Shown here: positions 23,701 through 37,084 of the stretch, in pieces | How the letters are laid out: each line of letters starts with the position of its first letter | How positions within the stretch are numbered: the stretch's first letter is position 1 | Source of the DNA: Phoronis australis | Taxonomy: Eukaryota > Animalia > Phoronida | Length of the DNA: 47,009 nt | Direction: 5' to 3' | NCBI GenBank assembly: GCA_002633005.1 | Contig: NMRA01000419.1 | Location: 55,256-102,264, forward strand | Notes under the pieces: generated by a model | What the model was told of the DNA's origin: nothing | What the model saw: the letters and a program-made list of their open reading frames with translations, nothing else | Databases searched by the model: none | Made by a program: the position numbers and the translations under genes

Positions 23701-26229
23701 CTGTAAAATATTCGGTGGCCAGTGTCCCGGTTTTTATTACGTCACAGACGTCGTGTACCTCATTTATCATTACATAATGTAAAGGATGTTTAAGAATACA
23801 CAACTGTTACCAAATAATAGCTCATTAATTCTAGCTGCATAACATAGTTTATGTCTTAAATACTCACACCCAGGGGCCCTGAATGTTATGTAACACAAAA
23901 ATCACGCAAACATCGCGCGATGTGATGCGAGTAACTCCACATTTCCTTCTAAAATTAAATTGAACCTAGACCACATAACCATAACATAGCATACGCTTTC
24001 ACAGAAAGTTGAAAAGAAGTTACATGTAAGAGTACAAAGGAAGAACAAACTGCTGGCGTATCATTAAAAACATCCTTCAGCAATGATTTCAAATGAAACG
24101 AACATGACATAACACCAATTTCTTGGTGATGGAATATCTCTATTGTCACTTCAAAACAAGTGAATGCCTTAACTTATGTATGATTGACAAAGTCATGCAA
24201 ATAGGCCGGATAATAGCAACATTTTATTTGTCGGTGTGCAAAAAACCTTCGGGTCGTGCATTGTGCCTTTCCTCGCCAGTGTGTGTTTTGTACCCCAGTC
24301 ACAAGTACACTAGTGATCAAAATAACCTGGACAAAGTTGAAATTCGGGGCACTAAATATCCATTCATCTCCTATTATGTACGCAGTCAATTCGCATTAAA
24401 TCTCCACAAAAACTCCTCAGGTGTTGATCCATCCAAGTTGCCGAAATCGCGTTCTTCAATTTCCCGATATCAATCAAAGACAGAAAATTGCGGAGTGTGT
24501 GAATGAAGCCGTGAGTCCGTCGGGTTTTTGAGCTGAACAGCACCCCTTTTATTGATTTTAGATTTTCCATTCCAATACTTTAACAACAATTGAAACAGGG
24601 AAAATTTCCACGGCCATACACCTCTATGATTTCTGACATGACCTGCGAAAATGTGCCTGACATTGCAAAGCGAACACAATGAAAACGACTCCTCCGAGCC
24701 GAAGGAGAATTCTTCTCCCGAGTAACCTGGGACGGCCTTAGTTTTTAGAATATTACCCATTTGTGCCTATAAAATGAGACTTTTAAAATTTAATGAAAAA
24801 ATCGAAAGTTTCACAACGATGAAATAAAATGATCTTTTAGTAGAGAACTGTGACATCATTTTGCAGATCACATCTTTAACATTCAAATCAACTAAAACTT
24901 GACCATGTTATACGCGGTTTTGCTATAAATGCACCTTTCTGTTTTGCTAATTTTTATTAAAGAGACCTGACCCAATTATTGCAGGTTGGTAACAAACATA
25001 TACTTTTACTGAGTCAAAATAATAATATTGTAGTTAGTTGCCTTTAAAATACGCAGATAAATCAATAAGGTTCTTCAGTACATAACCTAATAAAGACATA
25101 AACGATATCGACGAAAGACACTATCTCATCTCGGCCATACACCTCCAAATCTGCAGCACACTCACCATGCCAATCTGCCCCTTAATGCGCATGCTCGCAC
25201 TGACCTCTCATTAAATAAAAGTAATAACATGAGTGACCCTGTCAATTGGCAATGCTGATTGGTTTGAGCTTCTCATTTGCCAGAACCCCGACGCCGACCA
25301 GCTTCTACTACATGCGGTATAGTCTTTAGCGTAAATGTCTTGCAACTAATTTTATCGGTGCCGTTTGAGCATACTAATCACATGATCGTTTAGGTCAAAT
25401 AAAAACACACAGAGTGGATCACCAGTGCAACACTTGACGCAGCAACAGAAAGTTCTACCAAGAAGTCTAGTACTACACTCCTTGGTTCTAGTATTTCATT
25501 TAGGTAAATTTCTTGGCGCTCTCCAAAAGTTCCCGCTACCTACGTGTATGTGTTATTTTCGCCTGATGTTTGGTCAGCGGGTGCATGTGCATTGGAACAC
25601 ATTCTTTCTCTAGGCAGCATTCCGGTGAATGTGATGTAGGCATTGAGACAGCCGAAAACTTAATATGCCATTCGTCTATATTGGTTCTAGCCTCACTCTG
25701 CACATTAACATTAAGGCCTACCATATCTAAACTGGGCGCAATGTATACTCCTGTCAGTTTCAATGGCTCCAAATTCTAACTAAAGCAACCGATCGCCTTA
25801 GACCACGCCCTTATTTAAGATGGCGGCAAAACTAAGGCCAAAGACAGTCTATAATTACTGCTAACACATGAAAATATCAACAGAGAAACAATACAGCATT
25901 CGCAGGCAAGGGGTTTTTAGATCTTACTAACTCCCTCCTCGGACAGTTGATGTAGTGTTCCATTTCCCTCCCAACTGCTCGACACGAGACAACACTAGTG
26001 ATCTGTAAGCAGATTACACAAAATTCTGTCCGAAAGCGCTGAGGCCCAGACACATTTTGTTTACAATTCTGGGTGGTTTGAGGGCTACCTAAAATCGCAG
26101 CAGATTCATTTGCTACTGCACTGGATGCAACACTGCTACCGCTATTTGGAAAAAAGGAATCTCCAGCCGAACAAGGGGATTTTCTGATTCAGAACATGTT
26201 CGCGTGCACAAGCACTACACTCCCCAAAA

Positions 26230-27793
26230 TTAACTTCTGATTCAAAGTGATTCACGTACTGTAATCATCGGCCAACTTCGTCCGAGCTTTTTTGGCAATG
26301 TGTAGATGACAGGGTCGTTCAGACGATCATTGGGGCTTTATGTTATTCATTGACACTGATGCACGTTTGGCTACAGTGCCAGGGTACAAAAGGAGTCTAC
26401 ACGACAAGTAAATCTCTTGCCTAGCTAAGCTGTATAGCAGCGAGAGAGGTCCCAAAATCCCAAAAATTAGTGCAGTGTGAATGCCTTAAAATCGATCAAA
26501 AAACAAAACCGTGGACAGCAGAAAATAGGTTTGTCGTCTGCTATTTTGGTACACTTGATAGTATAGTACAATAAAGTGCAGACATTTTCAAAATTTTAGT
26601 TGAAAGTGATTGTTAAATATTTTGTTCATCCAGTGACCAGTTTGATTGTGGATGCGTGTTCGCGTGTGTTTCCGTTCTTTTAAATTCAGTACACGTCGAT
26701 GGTAAGTTCACTATTGGCAATCCTCTGTCGTTGTTCAAGAACCAGACATTTTTTAAAATGTCTGGTTCTAAAAATGTTAAAACTGCCGTGTTTTCTTGCA
26801 TTGAGAAATCCCCGACAAGCATGTTCACATTCTTAAGAAAAAGTAGCTCTAGACCCAATAAAAACTTTGATCAATGACTAAAGTCTTCTCTTGTCAATAC
26901 GACTGTCAATGGTGTGCAGCCTCGCAGATTTCATACGAACAACAAACTTCAATGGGAATCTTTCCAAAGTTACATGCCAATTTTCCGAGGGTTCACTGTT
27001 CCGAATGTTTGTTACTCTACAGGTTCACTACTCCGAAGGTTCGTTACCTTGAAAGTTCCTTACTTCGAATGTTCATAATTCCGAAACCAGAATTCCGACA
27101 GTTCCTTACTCTGATTCTCTGCTAATAAGTCGGGACTGACATTAATAAAAATTTTCATTTGTGTCCATTCAGTAACCTCTTAAAGGGTGTGCAAGAATTG
27201 AATATTTTGTAAAACAGTGTTTACATTGTTTACAAATGAGCTAAGTTCCAATTTCTGCCCATCGTGATTCTTGACTCTAATTAACGACTACTTTTCAACT
27301 CTAGGGCGTGGGTCAGGGCTTCGGCGACCAACGGTGGTCGGCAATTTCGCATGCACATGAAATCCAAATAAAGTGTTTTATTACCCGGGCGTTGTTTCCG
27401 GTGTAGCTACAACACTGGGTGCATTTAATAACCGAAGTGTAGTTTGGTTTTGCATGCAAAAGTATAAAAATTATACCTGGGTCCAAAATTTTAGATATTT
27501 TTGAAGTGAGTGAACCTTCGGAGTAGTGAACCTTCGAAGTAGTGAACCTTTAGAATAGTGAACCTTCGGAGTAGTGAATCTTCGGAATAGTGGGCTGTTC
27601 CTATTTACAGTGATGTAAGCAACTTACAGTACATGTAAGTAACACGCAAATATACAATCAGATAAGCAATTATGTCAAATCATTCCCCAAATAAATATTT
27701 TCGTCCGAGTATGTAATGAGGAGTAATCACTCATTTGAGCTCGACTGACTTGAAAGTTTGGCAAGAGATACCCGTACGCGAGAACGTTCTCTT
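26230..27793 (+). repeat. Composite dispersed repeat, copy A (resumes at 31687-31770)
   Basis: Aligns directly with 37085-38930 and inverted with 33160-34255 and 34560-34935. Contains a nested element (~26965-27601) with 16-bp gtgaaccttcggagta repeats in opposite orientations at its two ends. Confidence 0.85.
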
Positions 27794-28122
27794 ATTTATC
27801 GTGGGCCGTTCTGGTGGCAATATCGTGTGAAATTACGCTTGTAATCACGACTAAGACTTCGCTTGTGTTTAACAACCAAAGTTGTTCGCCCACAGATACC
27901 CTCGTGATCACGATCAAGACTTCGTTCGTGTTTTAAGACCGAAATCGCTCGTGCACAATCACGATCGTGATTACGACTAAGACTTCGCCCGTGTTTTACG
28001 ACCGTATTTTTCGCTCGTAATTTTAGCTAATATAGTTATTATGTTAAAGTCCACGAGACCACCACCCATTAAATTGATATGCAGCTAGTCACGTTTTTCC
28101 CAGTGTGTGGGTGGGTGCAGGT

Positions 28123-28760
28123 TGTTACAGACCGGTGTTAATAGCTTTCGGTGCGACGATAGACTGAAGACTTTTTCGAGTTAATCCTTTATTAATCTCG
28201 GCCGTACGTTCACAAGCCTACTCAAACAAAACGTCCGACGTAATGTTTGTTTTATACTCCAGCCAGTGATGTAAAGCCTTGACTTGTGATGAACTTCTGA
28301 GACAATTCCAATAACTGTTACACTCGGTGAATCAATAACCTGCTGTCTCTAGAGCTGGCTCTCTATTGGCTATCGCTGTAACTGCTTATTCTCTTCACTG
28401 TAACTCAACCGTAATTCTCTCAACTGTTTAACTGTTAACTGCTTTTCTCTTGAACTGACCAATACAAACCCGTGCTTGTGTATTTAAAGATTAATGCAAT
28501 GTTCTAGAACATTTCACCAATTCAAGCACGTGACAGAACTTTCTAGAATCTACCCAATCATTCTACAAACATCTACTAGTCTCTAGAATATTCCAGGTTG
28601 CATTAATCACTGTCATGAAATAGTCTTCTAGAAAGTTCCACACTATGCTGTTTTGAACAAATTACATCATCACTGTACTTAACTCAGGGGTCATGCCAAT
28701 CAAATAGAACAACAAAACAAAACAATACAGCTAAAAACAGTGTCAGTCTATATTCTGACA
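28123..28760 (-). repeat. 3' LTR (638 bp)
   Basis: tgttaca...tgaca; last ~120 bp nearly identical to 31343-31467; adjacent PPT. Confidence 0.9.
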
Positions 28761-28856
28761 ACACCCCCCCCCCGCCAAAGAGAACATTCACTCTATAATT
28801 TTTCAACACAAAATCATCTGGCACTGATATGTAATCTTCTGCCTCTGTATCCGTCT

Positions 28857-31340
28857 CTAAGACGCTCCCTGACTTGCAGGCTCTGCCAGTCGATTTAAAT
28901 AGTCTGGCACCGAAAGCGTTGAACAGTGAACACTCTTTCTCTTCTGTGAAGTAATGTCACTCACTCTATTTAAGCTTTCGCGTTCGTGGTAAGCCTTCAA
29001 CAGATTGGCATGAATGATCTTAATCTCGACGTTCATGTTGATTCTATTGTTCATACGGTTGACTTTATCTTTAACTTTGTAAGGCCCCTTTCACTGCAGT
29101 GTAAGCTTGTTCTGGTCCGTGGGAAGTAGTACCAATACTCTTTGTCCCACTTGAAACTGGTCTTCTTGTCGTAGTAATGCCTGTGAACATCTTGCGCACT
29201 ATACCAGCTTTTTCTAGCCAACTAGCAGGTCTCCTATAAGCTGTTCCTGAGTTCGAAGACATACTGGTAAGTATTTCGGACTTCATTGTAGTCTTCCCCT
29301 GTCCAGAGTCCGCTCAATATTTGCATCGGACCTCTTAATGTCCTGCCATATAGCAACTCAAAGGGTGAAAACCTTGTGCTTGATTGCGCGACTTTCCAGT
29401 AAGCAAACAGGACAGCTGGCAGATACCGGTCCCAGTCCTTTGGTATTTTGACACATCTTCTTCAGCATGGCTTTTGGTACACCGTTGATTCTTTCACAGA
29501 GCCCGTCACAGCGTGGATTGTAAAGGGTCGTATACAGCTGCTGTTCACTCACAAGCCTGCTGACCTCCTTCATCAGTTCCGGTGTGAACTGCGTTCAACG
29601 ATCAGTCAGGATCTCTCGGGGGAACCCTACTCTACTGAAGACTTCTAATAATGCTTCAATCTTCAGAAGCGCCATTGCTTCCGTGTATCTGGTAGTGAAA
29701 ATCTACCACTGCGAGAATGTATCTGTTTCCCTTGTCAGAAACTGGAGCTATAGAGCAAATCAGATCAATCGCAATCCTTTTGAAAGGCTCCTCCATCAAA
29801 GGCATCTCTCCCACAGGTACTTTGGTCAATCGACCTTTCGGGATTGTCTTCTGGCAGATGTCGCATGATCTGCAGAATCGGGTCACTTCTGATGCCACTC
29901 CTGGCCACTAAAAGTTGTTAGTGATACGGTCTGTTGTATTTTTAACGCCGAGGTGTCCACCGAGAATAGAAACATGTGCGAACCTCATCACGGACTTCAG
30001 TAAACTGCTCGGCAGGACACCTTGTTTCATCTCGTCACCGTCTTTCTTTTTGAACATCCGATAGAGTATTCCTTGTTGAACCTCCATCACGTATGACCCC
30101 TTGCCTTTGGTTTGTCGTTGAACCTTGGCTTCAGCTTGCTCCCACAGCTTTTTCATTGATGAATCTTCATGCTGAGCTTCTTTAAACTGCTTTAGTCCCA
30201 TCTCTTGTATGGTCGGATACACAGCTAACTGTTTAATGTCCGCTTTTTGTCGCTCTGCCTGAGCCCTGGTAGTCACTGCTACCACTTCCCTGCTGGATCC
30301 ATCATGATCCGTTCCTACCGATATATCGGTCACTGGGTTCTTCTCTTTGGATGTAGTACCCTTCAGAGAGTCGTCTGTCGGACCCTGCACAAGGCCATTG
30401 CCTTTACCGTCCTCGCTGACAGTAGTAGCAGTCTGCTAGCGCTCAACATCCTCTGGGTCCAAGGCGCCAGGCGCGTCCCCGATTATCAAATCGGCCACTG
30501 GACGCTCCATGCACATCGCAAACACTTCCCCCCGTGTAGTACAGTGTCTCGATAATGATCTTAGCGACGGGCAACCATCTTTTGGTAGAGTCCGCCAAAT
30601 CACATAACCACTTCCGGCAGGTCATATATCCTGGTTCGACTAGACTGGATCGAACTACAGCGGTTGTGCAACCTGTGTTTCTCAACACTGAGACCTACTT
30701 CGTGCCAACATATCCCTCCTTCAGACTCAGCTTCCCTTTGAAGGCGCGTTCAGGGTTATCACGCTTCACCGAATCCTCCTCTGAGAACCTCGGTAGCTGA
30801 CCGCTGCTGACTTTTGGTGCTGCTTCCCTTGTGTCCTATTCCGACAGGTGTCCAGCTTTGTGACAGAAGAAACGCCTTTCGTCTGCCAGGTCCGTTTTCT
30901 TCTGGTCGACTCTCTGGGTGTATGTCTTGACTGGTCGTTCCTGGCACTTTTTCGTCCGAGTGTTTGTTGTATCCACATTGTGGGCCTGCTAAGCCGACCA
31001 TCTCTGGAACAGATTTGTGTGTCCGCTTTCGCAGGAACAAAGCCGAGTTTTTAGTACAGGTGTTTACGTACTGCTCACGCACGAACAGTTCTCTCAACTC
31101 AGCAAAGTCTTTGCCACAGTCGGACATGTCGATCCACCTGTCTAAGTAGCGCTGTATTCGGGCCACAAACTGGTAAGCTGTCTCGCCCTTCTCAGCCCTT
31201 GCTTCCCAGAATTGCCTGCGAAAGCTCTCTTCCGTCAGCTCAACTTTAGTAAAGCTCTCTTGAGTGTACCTTAGTCCAGTGCATCAGCCATTGGAAGTCT
31301 AGTGTAAACCTGTAGGCCTTTGCCTGTTAACAGGGGACTG
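28857..31340 (-). pseudogene. Decayed gag (SCAN-like capsid, zinc knuckle), aspartic protease, integrase and RNase H tail
   Basis: LRELFVREQYVNTC; FFCHKAGH; VLRNTGC; HVSILGGHLG...FCRSCDICQK; PFKRIAIDL; YNPRCDGLCERING; IHANLLKAY; PDYLNRL. Many stops and frameshifts. Confidence 0.9.
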
Positions 31341-31342
31341 GA

Positions 31343-31467
31343 ACTATACTGTAGTAAACAAATTACATCATCACTGTAGGCCTACTTAACTCAGGGGTCA
31401 TGCCAATCAAACAGAATAACAAAACAAAACAATACAACTAAAAACAGTGTCAGTCTATATTCTGACA
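31343..31467 (-). repeat. Truncated 5' LTR
   Basis: Matches 28642-28760 and is fused directly to gag sequence; no primer-binding site left. Confidence 0.9.
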
Positions 31468-32807
31468 CAGCTGATATTGTTTTTGTCATGCAAATGTTTT
31501 TTATTCTTGAAATGTCTTGGATAAAGAAATTTCACTAAAGATACGAGGGTAAAATTTCGAACGTGAAACTCCGAGTGCACAACTACTTCAGAGCTCATAC
31601 ACTAATTTCTCATTGGATGTAACGATTTTGGTTGTAAAATACGAGCAAAATCGCAGTCGTAATTACGCGCGACACTTCCAGCGGTACTTTCTGGGCCACA
31701 TTCAACCGAATTTGGGCTGCGCTCTTTGCAAGCAACCGTTACCGCATTCCAATTTCTAGCATTACAAATTTCGTCTTATCTCAGGAACGTAAAGCTGAGA
31801 GCTCCCGAATAAAGCTGTGACAGCGTCGACGTTTTCAAAATGTCAAAAGTCCACCGTTCTAGAAATTCGAACCACTCCCTGCGCAATGCTGGCTACGGGT
31901 CAGATACAAACCTGTTCCACTTCTTTCTCTGACGAACAAGAAAATAAAAAATGTATATATCTGGAATTAAGTGTCCATCACAGAAAAACGTATTTTGAAG
32001 GATAGGCCTACATGTAGTAATGCTGATCATATATAATGCTGTCGATTATACGAACTGTTGATTATGCTGGGTATGCCAAAAACCAGTCTGTGTCTAATAA
32101 TTACGAGTGTACTCATTGTGAAATTTCAAGTTCAGCACTGCCTGTTCATTTGCACGAAACAAAACTAATTTCAATTTTAATTAAAACTCCGATGGCAACA
32201 TGTGGGACAACATACGGTGCTTCGTTAGGCCCCGTAGTCATCCACAGATTGTATGTACATGAGTCATTCCAACACGAGTCAAAAGAACTATTGCGATATA
32301 ATTAAATGAAAACAACAGGCGTTCACTTAAAGTAACGTTCGTTGTAAAGATTATCGAAACTTGTTCCACATACATATACCACCGACAAGTTTACTGAGTG
32401 ACCAAAAACGACACACGGTAGGGTCGCACATTTCGGTCACTGGCGATTAAAATTGTCTGTGCTAAGTGGGGAATGCTTAAGCAGCGATACATCAAGACCA
32501 TGATTGTCACTAACACAAGACAACTATGTCAATAATTCAAATTTTGCAATACTTTTGAAAATCATGCCATAATTATTGTAATTCTTGGAAAGGATTTTTA
32601 GAAACTTAGCAAGACTTCAAAAATGATAGCAAGATCTTTTTCTGAAATATTTGCACGGTTTCAATTATCGTGGCGAATTTGTCGTTGCCTTGAAGTGAGA
32701 ATACGGTGTTGGTTTTTCGCATGTTTTGCATTCCCTACGTGGAGATGCCTGAGTGGGGTTGGAGGTCAAATAATTGTCTAGTAATATTTTGTTCGCTGTA
32801 ACAGTTT

Positions 32808-33011
32808 GTGCAGTGTGTGTGACCAGGACGCTCGGCCTGTAAGAGTGCAGTGTGAGATAAGGGCGCTCTGCCTATAAGCCTGAAGTGTGGGACAAGGACG
32901 CTCGGCCTGTAAGAGTGCAGTGTGAGATAAGGGCGCTCTGCCTATAAGCCTGAAGTGTGTGACCAGGACGCTCGGCCTGTAAGAGTGCAGTGTGTGATAA
33001 GGACGTTCGGC
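32808..33011. repeat. 70-bp tandem repeat, ~3 copies, made of two alternating 35-bp subunits
   Basis: gtgtgtgaccaggacgctcggcctgtaagagtgca alternating with gtgtgagataagggcgctctgcctataagcctgaa. Confidence 0.92.
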
Positions 33012-33159
33012 AATTTCATGTTTTTATAATTGACTCTGTATCTGTGGAGATCTTTTAAGGATTTTCAGAAAATTTAAGACCCGTAGCCAACATTGCGCGG
33101 GGATGGTTCAATTTTTAGAACGGTAGACCTTTAAGATTTTTCAAACGCCGACACTAAAG

Positions 33160-34255
33160 TACTGAACTCATTCGAATGCAATGTGGTTCAGAAAAGGAAC
33201 GTTCTCGCCTTACCTCCTGCCAAGCTTTCAAATCAAGCGTGCTTAAATGAGTGATTACACCTCATTACATGCTGGGACGGAAATATTTAGTCGGAGAACG
33301 ACTAACGAAATACTTTATCTGGTTTTATTTTTTCTTATTACTTAAGCTGCTTATATCGTTGGAAATGGAAACAGCACACTATTCCTAAGGTTCACTATTC
33401 CAAAATATCAAAAATTTCGGACTCAGGTGTAATTTTTATACTTTTGTATACAAAAAAATAAACGATACTTCAGTTATTAGAAGCACTGATTGGTGTACAA
33501 ATATCGAAAACAACCCCCAGTTACTGAAACACTTTGTTTGGATTTCATGCGTATGCAAAATTGCCGGGTAATGTCTTACAATTACGGAAAAACGAGTACA
33601 TACTAGCGTTTTTAAAATAATATGCATTAGGAATATTGCTGAATTATCAGCCACGATAAATTCATCAAATCCATGTCAAGTATTGGACCTTCGGAGTAGT
33701 GAACCTTCGGAGTAGTGAACCTTCGAAGTAGTGAACCTTCGGAGTAGTGAACCTTCGGAGTAGTGGCATGTAACCTTGGAAATCTTTTCCACCAAGTTTG
33801 TTTCTCGTATTATTAGTCTGCAAGACTGTGCACCATTGACACTGGTTGACAAGAGAACACTTTCTTTACTTACCAAAGGTTTTACTAGGTCTAGACTTTT
33901 CCCTAATAACGTGAACACACATGCATGTTAATTCACCAATCTACAATCAAAGTGGACACTGGATGAACATCATATTTTTCAATCACTTTCAATTCGAAAT
34001 TTGAATATGCCTGCACTATGCTACCACTGAGTAAACCAAAGTAGCAGATAACAAACCGGCCCATTTTCTGCTGTTTTGTTTCTTTTTCGATGTTAAGGTA
34101 TTCACACAGCACTACTTTTTGGGAGCTCTGTCGCTGCTAAACGTGTATAGTTTAGCTACAGCTATAGAAATTTACCTCTAGAGACTCTTGTTACCATATA
34201 CCTGTAGAGGTAGTCAGCACGCGCGTTCAATGCCGTTGAATAACACAAAGCCCCC
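33160..34255 (-). repeat. Composite dispersed repeat, copy B (inverted)
   Basis: Reverse complement of ~26330-27790 with deletions; 16-bp array at 33687-33765. Confidence 0.85.
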
Positions 34256-34559
34256 TGTAATCATCATGTTGAAAGACTTCGAGAATAACTAACGTTCATA
34301 ATTCGATTAGAAATGATACAAATATCGCTTTTTTCTATTAATGGATATTAATTACTTTCCCATTCAGCCTTGTAAAAGAAAATAATAATGATGTCTAGCC
34401 TCGACAAACCTCAAAAGTTAAACGGGCGAGCGTGATAAAAGCTTTGTGAGGAGAAATACATGACATCAGGAGGGAAAAGTCACCCGCCAAGAGCCATGAT
34501 ATTCATTTGGTTGCATAGTGAGCAGGTGTTATCAGATTTCCCAAATTGGACATCATAGT

Positions 34560-34935
34560 TGTCGATCACTTTCAATTCTAAATTTGAAAATGCCTGCAGT
34601 TTACCGTACCACATAATACTAGCATTATAATAAAATAGTGCATAAAAAACTATTTTTTGCTGTTTTGTTTTTTGGTCAATTTTAAGGAATTCATACCGCA
34701 CTGCTTTTTGAGAGCTCTCTCGCTGCTATATAGCGCACCTAGGTACAGACATATGCTTGTAGACTCCTTTGTTACTCTATGGTGTAACCAACACGTGAGT
34801 TCAATGCCGATGGATAACACAAAGCCTTCTCTAATCGTCTACACGAACCTATCATGTACACAAACACAACTCGGGCGAAGTTGGTCTTGTACGGCTCGAT
34901 GATTTAGGCCTACGTGAAGCTCTTTGAATCAGAAA
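34560..34935 (-). repeat. Composite dispersed repeat, partial copy C (inverted)
   Basis: Reverse complement of ~26230-26612 (ctctctcgctgctata, tgtagactccttt, tttgaatcagaa). Confidence 0.85.
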
Positions 34936-35889
34936 CAAAGTCAACATTATAATTAATTTACGTAGTTATCATAGCAATAGCTGGCAGAAGCTGTAACAAT
35001 TGTTGTCGTCCTTTAACGGATAGACTGGGGCTGGACCATTTTCACGGGGGGAGGGGTGCGATCGAACCCTCCAAGCCCCTCCCTGCCTACGGGCCTGAAG
35101 TTGGCAAAAGTTTTGTCTGACAGATTCTACGTCAATGCATCTATCGGCCTTGTTTATGAGGCTAATAATCACCTGAAGCACACCGTTTGCGGTGCTGTCA
35201 CGGGCGCATTTCTTGTTACGAAAGCACAGTAGTCAAAAGTTTTTTCGCAAGTATCATTGATGTCATGATGAAAAACATCGAGAATAACTTATATTCATAA
35301 TTCTATTTGAAAAATATTTCCTCACTCTTGATCGACTTGTCAGTATATTTAGAAGTACTAAGCGTATCAAAACACCATTTCTCTTGACTTGAGCTTTTAT
35401 GCAGAGCGCACATATCAAATCACAACTCATATTTCAACATACGTGTCATATACATATGTTTATACCACATACGTCTTGATACGGCCGTGCAACAACCCTG
35501 TAACGTGACGGTGCATTAACCCAAATTGGTTATCGTACAGTCACGTGACCATAAACAATAACCATCGTGTACGTGACCAGAACAGAACTACTTTGTACGG
35601 CTGTAATTCCAATGTTCAACATAATCAACTACCAATCACGGTTAAGCTGAATAGATTACATTAATTTACGTTCACCAAACATTTCAAAAACTGAACAAAC
35701 GTAATATAGTGGAGAGCATTTGACGATTGAAATCGCAAATTCTCTTCACAGTAAACGAACACTGTTTGTCACTAGATTCGGCCTTCTTTGCCCGCTCACT
35801 ATGGGCGGCCATTTCTGCAAAAACATCAAATTTCATATTCAATTCCATTTAATAAACTCAGCGCCAATTGTAAGAAAATTCAATCCTAC

Positions 35890-36148
35890 TTTACGCTGGG
35901 GCGTATTCGTCCGCCGCCTGTGACTACCGTTTACGTCTACTAGGTTGCGGACTCGATCAATATTCGGCGGTCAGAGGAATCGAAGAAACTGTGTAACCGT
36001 TGAATAATTTTCTGAAGTTCGAGTGAAGCGAATGCGCGGCCTCGGCATTTTACGCCGACCCGTTTGCTGCCGCCTATAAGTAATCCCTGAGCTGCGGTCG
36101 CGCCCATTCACAATTTACGAAACCACGACGATTGGGCTGTGCAAGTTG
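35890..36148 (+). promoter_or_regulatory. Probable promoter/5' UTR of the glycosyltransferase gene
   Basis: Locally GC/CpG-rich stretch directly before ATG 36149 and the donor at 36188; tataa near 36076. Confidence 0.4.
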
Positions 36149-36187
36149 ATGCTTATTCTTCCCGAGGAAAGTACTTGTATATTAGAG
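36149..36187 (+). CDS. GT61-like glycosyltransferase, predicted coding exon 1 (MLILPEESTCILE)
   Basis: 13 codons from ATG, ending at a consensus donor GAG|gtaagt, phase 0. Confidence 0.6.
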
Positions 36188-36996
36188 GTAAGTCTTTAAT
36201 TATTGCAGTGCCACCGATAGGTCCATTGCCATTTCACTTGGCAAAAAGAGAACCGAGGTCGATGCACTGTCCGGCACGCTGGGGGTTTCCCTGATTTGTC
36301 TTCCTACTAGCCCACTGAGTCAAATTTTCATACAATTCGTGTTTCGACATTTGTTATGTGATTCCTGCTATAGAATATTGTGGTCATAAAAAGTCAGACA
36401 TATCAACATATTTTTTGCAGTTCAGTTAGGTTCAAATCCAAGTGCCCTGGGTGTCCAGCATCATTACATGTGTTTGTATATGATGTTAATCAATATCAAC
36501 CTTTGCAGCGTTGGACTGGTACATAATAATATCATCTGGACATTTTCTTTCCATGGATAAAAATTTTCAAGTTAAGACCCATCATGTCTGGAATCCCGTT
36601 CATATCTTCATTTGTCACACTGTCATGTTGTTTTGTGACATGCTACACAGTCATTGTTCTCGAGAACCGAAAATCCAAACCTGCCGGAAAGACGTAACTG
36701 GACTCGACCTAACGGCCATTCGTTGCAGGTTACCCAACTCCTGACGGAAGCACCGGCAAACTAGCCTTGAGTTCAGTAACACTAGGACTTCGCTAAAAAG
36801 CAAGACTGCGAGATTACCTGAGATGTTGTCGTGTATTTTAAATGAGAACGCGCGATTTGGCTAGATTTGTGCGAGGTCCTAGCATTACTGAACACTACCC
36901 TGCTGAAGCGACAGGTCAAAACTGGTCGTGAAGAACACCGGTATATCAAAATAGCTTCCAAGAATACTTCATCTTTTTTTCTTTTCTCTGTTACAG

Positions 36997-37067
36997 CTAC
37001 CGGTTACTACGAAATGCAACTCAAAATTGGAAATACCTACGCATAAAAGTCTAGCCATACGACTTGA
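36997..37067 (+). CDS. GT61-like glycosyltransferase, predicted coding exon 2
   Basis: Strong acceptor tttttttcttttctctgttacag, donor gtaagc; 71 nt open from phase 0 to phase 2 (LPVTTKCNSKLEIPTHKSLAIRL-E), fitting both neighbours. Confidence 0.65.
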
Positions 37068-37084
37068 GTAAGCTTCATCTTATG

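Larger units (their letters stand above)
28123..31467 (-). mobile_element. Gypsy/Ty3 LTR retrotransposon, Gmr1-like, internally deleted
   Basis: TGT...ACA termini; 5-bp TSD caggt/cagct (one mismatch); G-rich polypurine tract next to 28760; decayed gag-protease-integrase. Confidence 0.92.
27794..31686. mobile_element. Non-autonomous element with cgtaattacgact-type repeats, inserted in copy A and interrupted by the Gypsy element
   Basis: Absent from copies B and D (empty site gttctctttctggaccacatt near 38837); ctt on both sides; 27810-27890 is inverted-similar to 31620-31686. Confidence 0.6.

Noticed and set aside
24380-24480. Minus-strand EERDFGNLDG (phosphoglycerate mutase-like) or HL..EEFLWRFN (Merlin/IS1595-like)
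   Set aside because: Short, mutually exclusive readings with no supporting motifs.
25803-25827. Sp/KLF box plus YY1 motif (ccacgccc, aagatggcggc) as a promoter
   Set aside because: No linked downstream gene; such motifs are common in transposon ends.
29908-30390. 160-aa ORF as a host gene
   Set aside because: Part of the decayed Gypsy polyprotein (linker and integrase zinc finger).
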